From: Tubulanus polymorphus
Lineage: Eukaryota > Animalia > Nemertea
NCBI RefSeq assembly: GCF_964204645.1
Contig: NC_134028.1
Coordinates: 7,874,001-7,938,000, forward strand
Direction of reading: 5' to 3'
DNA: 64,000 bases
Both the position numbers and the translations under genes were made by a program. The notes under the pieces are model-generated. The model did no database searches, was not told the DNA's origin, and was given only the letters and a program-made list of their open reading frames with translations. Shown here in pieces: positions 38,101 through 50,100 of the stretch; the first letter of the stretch is position 1; each line of letters starts with the position of its first letter.

Positions 38101-41100
38101 TAGAAGTAACAATTAAAAGCAACAAATCCAGAGATTAAAGAACTAGTATACTCAATTTCAGGATACAAAAATAAAGCGTTCTGAACACATTACTCTCTTT
38201 ATGATTCTGACAAGTACCGTTTAATGACAAACTCTACAAGCATTATGTACCGTACCTTTGGATGCATCCGGACTAATCTTATCAACAGTGAAGTGTCCAT
38301 GTAATTGAGTAAGATTATCTGGATGTACTGGTTTACCCATATCAGCCATGGTGCACACATTCATAAATACCTACGAAAAATAAAATCATATCATCTTATC
38401 GAGGTTTTTTACCAGGCGTAGCCTGTAATTTCATTGAGGTTTTTAATTCGTGTACAAAGACAATCATACCTCTTCCAATAATGTGTCAGACACCCCATAG
38501 CCTGCAATACTGAGGTTCGTTACGTTGTCATTCATTTCCATGAACAGATGTTGGAATTTGGCTTTTTCTTTGTTTGGCAAAATGATTCGAATTTCTCGTC
38601 CGACTTCCTCGAGCAAATAAGCACCTTCCACATGACCGCCGACGAAATTCATGATGGCCTCTGCTGAGCATTGAACAGAATCTTTTCCATTTTGTATCTG
38701 GAATTCAGAGGAAGCCAAATTCACTGAATCTTCGAGTTCAATATTTAACTTTTCTAAACTTCTTAAATCTTCCCTAGTATTTCATTGGTGATTTTTCCAA
38801 TTTTCCCAAATGGAAATCAACGGATACCTTCTTACTAAAGGGGCGTCAAAATTTTTAAGCAAAATTGCTGAAGAGTTGCCCTCGACATACGCTACGTGAA
38901 ATGTAAAATGAATTTGCCAAATATTTCTCGGATTAGAGGAAAATTTTCAAAATTCCCAAACATTTCCATACTGGGATTATAATTTCAAAATTCCCAAATT
39001 TTTCCCAATTTCCTGGTACTGTGCTCAATAATGTACTCCTTACTAACCTTGTCCATCTTGGATATGTTGAGGTGATAGCCCTGTCCATATCTCTTCTTCA
39101 GAAACATCGAAGAGCCGCTGCACAGCAATCGACCTCGGTGAATAATTGCAATTCTGTCGCCTAAAACATCGGCTTCTTCGAGATGATGAGTGGAGAGTAA
39201 CACCGTGCAGTCTATCAACAGAAGGAATATTAGAGGGCTCACAAAAATGAACTACATGTACACTACATATACTAGGCCGGTAACTGGGAGGGGTGCGTTG
39301 GGTTCCCTACAGAGTTCCACTAGTTTTTGTCAAAAGAAAAATTATCAGATCACATCAATGTTCCATTAACATTGATGTATCATTCATGAACATTTGCTGC
39401 TAAAAACACATCATATTTTCAAAATGTTCTTGGTGGGGGCCCCAAAACCTCTCAGGGGGCTTGCTGTTACCACTGCCAAATACCGGTATATATATCAAAT
39501 AGAGGCAGCGTACAGGCCTGTATACAGTAGTAAAATATAGGGGAAATTTATCGGTCATAACTGATAATTGTAAGCAGCTTTTCCTTAATTCACAGTTTTG
39601 AACAATTATGTAACTCAGATTTGTTTTGTTACTTACTTTTCTTGTATTTAGAAATGATGTCCCAAATAGATCGTCGAGCAGCAGGATCGACACCAGCGGT
39701 CGGTTCGTCGAGAATAACAACCTTCGAACCGCCGATGAACGCGATCGCGATTGACAATCGACGCTTCATTCCACCTGAGATGTTCCGCACTTTCTCATCT
39801 TGGAGATTGTACAAACCGGTGTTTATCAGCATACTGCAAAATAAAACCAGAATAATCAGTATCCTTTTACAATCATCATACCGGTACCCAGTAGTACCTG
39901 ATACATTATTAAAAAACATCTTTGCTATTCTTTTGGATTCTTCTATCGCAAGATTTTCTGATAAATCCATCTATCAGCCTACATTATAATGCTTACCTGA
40001 ATATAGTATTATCATTAGCTAACCAGAAATCTGACTGCTTTACTCCTTAGAGTAATCATTTGTCAAATCATGACTCCCAAGTTTAAACATTGCAGGGCTA
40101 AACAGCAGGGACATGGCCTGCTATGGCAGGGGCGAGCGCCATTTCCATGCCATCAGGTGCACACAATAGTTCATGGATTGGAAAGGTGCCTAAAAGATCC
40201 TGGATTGAGGATTACGTTAGTTAATCATATCAGATATCATTTCACCATAATTACCTTTCGACGTCTTCCTTCTGCTGCCACCTTGGCATGTTCCCTTTGA
40301 TTTTCGCGAACATTTCAAGGTGCTCCTTAACAGACATACTACAGTAAAGAGAAGTATATAAGCCACGATCACATGAGCATTTTAGCCAAATTTGACCTGG
40401 AACAACTGTTCACACGGGTGCCAAATGGGCCCGAGCCTGTTTGGCCCGGGCCAAATTTCGACCAAAAACGTCGGACCAGGCCCAAGTCAAATTTTAGCAC
40501 CAGACAAATGATTGCGTTTGAATTGCAACTGGCACCGGAAATGATCCACTTCGCTCTGTTTAGTATCGAGTGAATGGTTTGCGTGTGAACGCGCTCTCTA
40601 ATTAGGCACGGACCAAATTTGGCCCGAGCCTGATCCGTGCCGTTGCCCATGTGATCGTGGCTATAGATAAGTTGAACCGTTTGTTCCAAACAGGGAACCT
40701 CCAACGCTTCTGTGGCAAGCGAGGATCTGCCATGTTCGCCAGTAGTTAATCAGTCTTCCGCATTCAGTTCCTTCTATATTCTTCCTAATGAACTATTCTC
40801 TTAAATACATTATTGATATTAATACCCATATCCGAGAAGAAAAATGAATTTAAAGTATATTTAGTTGATCATCTGATAACGTACTCGGGCGCCTAAAATT
40901 AAGTTGGAAGTTCATCGATAATGAACTCACTAATTTTGACAACGAAAGACTTGACAACTCGGTGTTGCAGCTCCCCATTACTGTGACCCGATGGAAAGTT
41001 TTCGGTTAACGGTTTTTTAACTTACTCTTTGTAGAGTACGTTTTGTTGCGGACAGAATCCGAGCGATTTTCTGATCGAATCGTAGCGCGTTGTGACATCT

Positions 41101-44100
41101 TTTCCATCGATGAACGCGGTACCCGAACTGGGCGGGGTAATTCCAGTGAGAATATTACTGCAATAAATAGATCACATCTACATTACACTAACCACAGATC
41201 GATAAACCTTCTCAAAATACAGCTCTTAATTCGGGCGAGGTCAATCCGGAATTTGATGTAATCTGGATATTATTTACGGTCAATCTATACATAAGTGTAC
41301 GTAGTATGTAAAATCATGACATTTAATTGAGATTTCTTAACCATAGGCTGAAAAAGTGGTGCCTTGTTTCTCCTCGAGTTGAACCGGCTGGTGCCTGTCT
41401 AACCTGTACATTACTTTAAAAAAAAATCTCTATCAGCCTAATCATAACATGTCCCGCAGCTATAGAAATCAACTGATTACAAATCTTATTGCAGTTTACA
41501 AAGTGACCCAGCCGATTAGCAGAAACGAGGTATCATTTTTTAAGCTTATCTAGATCAAGCATATCTAACATATCTCCGTCCAAAGGTTCTCATAATACAT
41601 ACATAGTCGATGTTTTTCCTGCTCCGTTGTGACCGAGGAATGCGGTGACTTGACCTTCGAACAAATTCAAATTCAACCCGTCGACGGCTACTTTCTTCTT
41701 GCGGCAACATTTTCCGTACCTTTTCGTTAGGTTCTGTATCGAAATACCGATCGGGAATTCACGAGGTTCCCTCTCGTGAACTTCGTTCTCATCTAGGACA
41801 AAGAAAGTAAATCAAATCCTTAGAAACTTTTTCTATATATCTTAGATAAGTTTTTATCGATTTTAAAAATTTAATTCAGATTAAGTCAATTTTTGTCATA
41901 CCCAACTTAATTCAGATATTTGATCCAGTCTGCGAGGAGTTTAAATAAAAAATCATTATCTGCTCACATCAATATATAGGTGGACCACAAATTATGTCCC
42001 GATTAGACGAGATCTTAAAGTGATCTGAATTAAGTTGGTTTCAATGTATCTTCAAGAAATTAAGAACCAGAGTATTCAGTGAAATGATTTCTAATTGGCT
42101 AAAATACCAGTCTGGTCTCGGCCAATTCGAACTAACCAAACGTTGGAATTGTATAAACTGGTTCTCAATTCCACTTAATGGTTTAACGCATAATGAGACG
42201 AGTATTCCGATCATAATTTCTTTCATTAAATTACAATTTGTATTTGATTGCGTATCAGCATTTGATATTCACAAGCAGTTAGTCATTCAATAACATTTCA
42301 CAAACAAAGCATAACTCTGGAAGCAACTCGACAAATAAATATAGAGAAAAAAGGTTTTAAAAATATAGGAAAATGATTGGCAAATTTTATGCACCAACGA
42401 AGCTATCCTTACAGAATTCAAAGATGAAAAAACCACATACAGTATTTACAATTGCAGGAAAAATTTCGTTTCTTGAAAAAGAGCAGGCTACACATGGGGA
42501 CCACATTATGAACATTCACTTTTCGAATATGTAAGTGGAGCCTGCCTTAAGTATACCCGGTAAGCTCGCAGACACGTGAAAACATTGAGATACAGAACGT
42601 CGAATAGGAGTAAAGTAAATTCGTATGGGACAGCCACTAAATACGGTTCACAGTAGATTTTTACCCTTCGATTTGAGATTTTTATCGTTTGAATCAATGT
42701 CGAGATATATTCCGCATTGAGCTAAAAATCAGATCACAAATAATCATCAACAAAAGAGCCGAAAAATCAACAGAAGAATATAGTACGTCATTTATGGTTT
42801 CATATATAGGTAGTTTGATTTCATGTTACTTACCAAAAGGTAAAAGTGGATTTAATTCTGTACAAGGTACACAACAATATATTTGAGTCATCTTTTATGA
42901 AAAAACTTACAACAGTGTATACCCGGAGTAGTTAGGGGCCATCCATTTTAGTATGTACGCAAAAGTCTCCTCCCCCCAAAGTATATATGCAAGAACGAAT
43001 ATGTTTGTGTAAAAATAAAACGTTTCTGTCGTTTAGCATAACAGGTTTTAGTAGATGGCGAAATATTTAGTACCGGGTTCTAAAATGGTGAAGATACAAT
43101 CATTGTCGATGTAGCAGTCATGGTTTATCAAAGAACACGTCAAGAGAATATAAAATCCTTTAATAATCCTGACACTTCATTTTTTATTTGAACCCAGAAT
43201 GAATGCAAAATATTGATTTCAGCAAAATCGTCAGACATACCAGTACATGCAATAGAAATACACAATTAAAGGTCAATAGCGTGCCAAATAATTATTAGGT
43301 CTGTACCGTACAGAGCCAGGTACCCCTCCGTCCCCTGTAAACATTTGTATGCATTTTCACAGACCCCCTCCGCCTATCGTGCTTACGTACTAAATGGATG
43401 ATCCCTTAGGCATCGATATTTTATGTAAAGCAACAAGCTGTATCCATTTCAGAGCCATATAGGGAAGTGTGCACGCATGTATGTACATGTACGAACAACG
43501 TGTACATGTTTCAAGCATTGTTATGACCAACTGGCAATATTCATCTACGACAACTACTGAAACTATATATCATTCCATACAGTTTCCACAGCGGCCAAAT
43601 CAATTTACCTAAAATATCTGCAGTCGATGGTTCAGTGGATCGAATACCCTTTGTCAAGCAGGCGCCTGAAAATTAAACGATCTATCAAATTTTAAAAGAA
43701 CTTTATCCAACTCTAGAACATGATATCGTCATACCTGGCAAAGCTCAGGTCGGCTCTACATAGATTGGGCTGGCAAACTGTTATGAAGTTTTTACCGAGA
43801 CATTTGAACCGTTCGATCAGGGATTCAAAAAACGTTTTAAGGGAAAACTAAGTGGGATCATGCTGTGTCTCACGTCAAAAACTGCTTCCAGAATGTATGT
43901 GTATGTATAAGCATTTGTGCATGATTATCAAAATAAATGGTGAACGTTTGAAACAGCTATTACAATCATGCTTAGAACACCGTTCCCGTATTGAGATTTC
44001 TTTTCACTCTTGTCAGGCGTTAGTGAAAACGTGCCATAATTCACGATGAACTTCATGACGTGCGCGTTTTTTGTAACAGTGTTAGATAACGCTAAATCGA

Positions 44101-47100
44101 AATACGATGACATTTCCGTCGGATCTTACCTTTCTCGTCGCTTTCGTAAATCGGGTTCACGTATTGTCCGATTCCGTACTTGTTCTCCATTTTCGTCGGC
44201 TTTTTCTGAGAACAGAAACAGTTCCAGTAGCTCGGAGTCAACGGGAAATACCAAGGTCGCGGAGTTCCATATTTACCTGAAAAATCACAATCTCGAAGAT
44301 GGATGAACATGATCTTATTATCACTTCCTCAATACCTGATTTACTATTTCAATTGATCACTAAATTTTAACATAATTTTTTTCAATTATTTGTTTCTTAC
44401 ATCTATTCTAGTGTATGTAATGGAAATTAGTACTATAACTAGTTTTCATATGACTTTAGCTCATAAATACACAGCAGAGAAATAATATAACGTCAACTGT
44501 ACGTTCTAAATTATATATCCTAACAACTATAGCTATGTGGTTTGTACGGTCTTGGAGTAATCATTTGAAATGATTACTCCAAGGTACGGTGATTGATTCG
44601 GGCTGTACTTAAATAGTTTTCATATACTGCCAGAGGCGCATTAAAAAAGATTTATAAGAAACACTTTGGTTTTCTCGCGCCAGAATTAACAATTCGAAAA
44701 AAAATAACCAAACCCGAAGTTAACCAAAACCAATCATAGAGAAGACCTATACCATGAGTGCACATATACATACTTAATGGTGTTTATACATACGGTACAC
44801 ATTGTGGTGTTATAGAACAAGGACATTTCTTTTTTCACTATGTTTCTCGTTTGTCCTGTACACTTTATTGAATTGTCAATCCAATAATGTCTTTGTTTTC
44901 AAATTAAGGCCCGATAAAGTAATTTTGAATTTGATGTTAAATTAGGTTTGTGAGTTGTGAGGATATTCAGTATCTATAGTAATATTCACCGCTGGCGGAG
45001 AGGGTCATATTAGGTCTCGCGGAATCAAACTTACCCGGGTAAATGTTTCTAACGTACCAACCGATCACGAAATATATCAGACCGTCGACGAACATCATAA
45101 TGCAACCCCACTCAAACGTCATCAACGACAGCACGTACGTATCTTTTGTGTTCGACCATTGAATTCCGACGCCTCGGTCCTCGGCTCGGGTCACGTGAAC
45201 GGTACTGAAGCTGAACGCGGACGTTGAGAACAAACTCTATCGAACAGAGAGGGAGTGATATAGGATGATATTACGTCAGAAATTCTGCGATAAACGCCGG
45301 GAATTCTGGGCCTGGGGGGGGGTCGTTTTTGCCGCGCAACACACAACACACAACAAACTTTGAAACTTACGGAATGTCAGTGGCGTTTACACGAGGATTT
45401 CAGTATGTTACCAAGCCTTCATGACAGTTGAATTATTGGAGGCCTATTCAGCTTATTAAGCGCAGAAATTGATTCCGCACCGAAAACCCGATCTCAGCAC
45501 AGTACTGAGCTGGACGTGTATTTCCTGAAGCAAGCCACCACGTATTGTAATACACTACACTCAACCAGGATCCAGTTGCTCAAAAGTTGGTTGCGGTTAA
45601 CCCCCAGTTGACATAGTAAGGATTATATTTGGTATGTTTGGATGGTATCTATCCACCGGTTATCTTCAACCAACTTTTGAGCAACTGGCCGCAGAGTGTG
45701 ATTTATTCATGCACGTGGCAGTTTTTGACTTCGTAAGCCCTGAATCTTGTGTGAACGCCGCTAATGTGCTGTGCACCGAATACGACTATATAACAATTCG
45801 AAGCATTAATGGAAAGTAATTACTGTTAAAACTTCAATGCTAACACTTTAAACAGGTTTAAAGAGTTATATTCACCGAAGTTAAAAGGTATATATGATAA
45901 TGGTATTTCATTTTATGGCGATTATTGGCTTATTTTAGGTGTCAGTGTGCATGTGAAGTTTTTGACACACATTTATATACGATTAAGGCCAGCCAATGAG
46001 TCTTTTTTGGCTCAATTTCACTTGTCTTGACATTCATTACCGGCTACCAATGTACTCCTACTTCTGGTTCTGTCCCCGGTGCTGGGGCTACAAATATATT
46101 CTTAGCTGATTTTTCTTATCTACAGTAAGATATTTGCACTGTGGCACACGGGAATTACAGAGTTCCGATATAAACCAACTCAGCTTAATTCTCAATGCTC
46201 ATTGGTCAATTACCAGCAAAGGCTGACTTTGTAACGCTCCAGTGCCGACCCGCGAGTACGGTATATTTGTAGCAGCAATTGGGGGCGGCGCCGTATTATC
46301 AAGCCCACAGTGAATGTGTTCATAAGGATTGGATGAACAATTCTTGAATATGAATATAAAAATTTGAAATTGAAGATGAATTTGGTGAAATTGACGAAAT
46401 TGAGCCTTGATCTCCATTGGATACAGATAAAATCTCATTGAATAGCGGTTTAGTGACGTGGTACATGAAACTAGTGTGGCATAGGAGGATGCAGCCAAAA
46501 TATCGGATACCTGGGTTGAGACATCTGATGTACCAACCAATGACGAAATATACGGCACTATCAATGGCCATCATGTAACAAGCGTGGTGAAATGAACTGG
46601 ATTTCCACCAGAATACCTCGTTCACATTTGACCATTGAATGCCAACGCCTTCTTCCTCGAAATATGCTACATAGCCGGCCGCCGATGAAAATGCACTGCC
46701 ATGCAGAATAAACTGTAAAATTCATACCCAAAAATCATCATTACGAGAACCTATAACTGGGACCATCCAAACATCAAAAGTAAACAAATGATCAATTGCC
46801 TTTGATCTAAATTCTGTACGAACAGAGGATTATTTCCTTCAGATGATGCAAAAATGCCGAAATAACAGCAACATGAATACATGAATATATAGTTGCAGTT
46901 ACATTGTGGTTGAATAGCCACGCTCAGAGTTCGGGAATGGATAGTACATGTAAATAAAACTGTACCTCTAGTTACATTACACATGCAGGTTGTATGATTA
47001 GTCATAAGCTAAAAGCAGCACCCGATTGAAATTTAACTCTTGAGAGTCAAATACTGCTTGGAGAACACCACCAAAACCTGCCCCCCTCCCCCTCAAATAT

Positions 47101-50100
47101 AATTCTAATCATAACAAACTGATCAGCATATCAAATGCTCACCGAGTAAAATGAGGCCAGATTCTAAAATATCGTGCAGTGTTAAAGCTATCAATGACCA
47201 AATGACGATCATGAAGTGTAAGCGTATGGAATTTTCAAATGAATTAATGAGAAGCCCGTTTCAAGCAAGCATTAGGTGGAAGAATAATGACCCAGGTTCA
47301 GTTTCACAAGAAAAATATAAGCTTAAAATGACGAAGATGTAATGAATTATAGTAGACTGTGAAATAACGAATAGCAAATAAACCAAAAGGTTGTATCTGA
47401 AATTTAACCTGGATATGGCTAAGGGGATAATCTTGCGTATGTTTTTAATATCATACAGTATATGATCGGAGTCCAGGGATACTTGAAAAGTAGTACAATG
47501 CTTGACGATCTGACCATTTACAATAATGCTCAATCTCAAACTGTGACATAATTCCAGGGTTTGGTAAGAGAAACTTTAAATTCTACTCGTGCATTTCCAA
47601 AATTGTTCTTAACAGTAATTACCCGAAATTAAAATCACTTTTCACTTAATTCGGAAAATATTCCAAATTTGTTTTGGTTGAAGAGTCAGCTTACCGCTAA
47701 TATTTGTTGCCAGAATGTCATCTTGACTTCCAAAGCCTCGGTGATGATATAGGCTTGATAGGACATCAGGTAGAATAGTATACCGACCAACGCAGCCAGG
47801 TTAGATCGATTGAAGAATGCACTGACCATATAACTAGAAGAATTCACATTTACTTTTCATGAAGGTGATTAGGGAAAAGAAGGTGGAGTCAACCCTTGAT
47901 CCTTATCGACTAATCACTTCTTATCAAGTTAACTAGCAAGTTAAGTCAATACCGGTATAGCCCATTTTGCCAGAAAGTTGAAAACATTTTGCATTATAAC
48001 CATCAAAATGGAGATTGGATATACAGTAAAATTTAAAGGAAAGAAACAATGTTCAACATTCTTATTCTATTCCGAATAATCTTTCTTAATATGGTGACTT
48101 AGAATTCCCTGAAGTCCAACCTGGAGGGTAATAAACTGACAAGAATGTCTGGCAGCAGATGACCTGATGAACAAAAAGTAAAATACAATGATAATCACTG
48201 AATGATATATTCACAAGATGTCATTTCAGTTCTCTTAATTCCCTAAAGAAAGCTAGTTTACACGCACAATACAAGTGTACATACCACATCATCAGGGTAG
48301 AGAATGAGAAATCCATAAAAAGGAGAATCAGAATCAGTGGATTACTGTACGGCAACAGCGAGGAAACTTTCATTACAAGAACGATCACTAACAGCAAAGC
48401 CATCATCAACAGGAAATTGGTGATAAACCAACTCACGAAATTGACGACGCTGCTCATTCCCATGACTTTCATCACCTAAAATAATCGGGAAGTTTCATTT
48501 TTAACGCGTAAACATCTTTTTCGCTAAATCGATAAATGTTCTCCGGATAGAAAGTACAGCGTTTATATCGACTGAAATTCACCGACCTCCTCGATTCCCG
48601 TTTCTCGGTCGTAGACTAACGATTTTATCGCGATTCCGATGAACGTAATCCACGTGATAATCATCATCAGTGGAAGTAAGAATTTATAGACGAACGATAA
48701 GAAACTGAAATCAAATTTGTAGAACATGTCGTCAGCTACAATTCTGCAATTGATTGAGGTTAGGAAATATGCACGGGTACCAATTTGGGTACAAGGAAGG
48801 TTACAGGACAGCCATCTTGTTTCTGATTGACCTATTTTATTTATGATTGGCCTAAGGATGATACATATACTACGAATATTTGAATCGGAATCTTCACGTC
48901 TTTTCCCGTCTGTTCTTTAAGGATGATACATATACTACATATGAAACTGAGAAAATTTATCATGGCATCTTCAAAATTTTCAATATGTGTAAAGAGCTGA
49001 TTTTGGCAAACGATAAATAATTTAGGTCAGAATAAATAATTTAGGTCTGTTGCGTTTGAATCGGAATCTTCACGTCTTTTCCCGTCTGTTCTTTAAGGAT
49101 GATACATATACTACATATGAAACTGAGAAAATTTATCATGGCATCTTCAAAATTTTCAATATGTGTAAAGAGCTGATTTTGGCAAACGATAAATAATTTA
49201 GGTCAGATAAGGTCAGTTTTTGGGCTGCAGATGTGCCTATACACGCATGAACCAAATATCAAGACAATCCATTGAAGCATCTGAAAAACTTCCCAAAATA
49301 ACTGTCTTCTGTCTATGGATGGATAGATGACTGACAAAAAGTGAACAAAACGAGTCCCAAGGAGGCTAATTAGATATTTTCTGTTAATGATTTAGACGAA
49401 TCCGAATGTTTAAGATGCAACCGAGCATCTATCATCAAGTGGATTTCTTAAACCGTAAGCCGGAAATATTGGCGTATTGGGCAAAGCTGTAAAAATCCAT
49501 GTATTCTAGGCTAAAAACTGCCCTCGGCTAATTGGCCAGAAAAAAATTTCAAATTTGACTCAGATATCGAGTCATAATTCAGCCCGGATTGAACATGAAC
49601 TAATTCGAACTGATCAACTTAGCACAGCACGGAACTTACCTATCTTTCATGTAACAAGGATACGGGAACTGTTGCGTTTGAATCGGAATCTTCACGTCTT
49701 TTCCCGTCTGTTCTTTAATAATCGCTCGGTCGATCATGTCTTGCAGCGGTAAAAACCCTCGCAGATATCGCAGATCCTCGGCGAAGTTATCACCAGGTCC
49801 CGGACGCGTAAATCTACGATAGAATGAACACGAGTTCCAATCGAATCTCGAAACAATGCGAGCGAATTTAATCATGATATTTACTGTAATTGGAATATCA
49901 ACTTACGCCAACCACGATGTATCCGTATTCATCGTATTATCGACATCGACACGGATTTTATACCGAACAAATTTTGGCAACGTTCCAGCAGTAATCGTAT
50001 TGTTTGCGGCTCGTTTCTTTCGATTTTGTTGTTGTCCGAATTCAAATACGATACCTAAAACCAAACAGTCGTAAACGTAACGTCGTGAAATGATGTCCGA

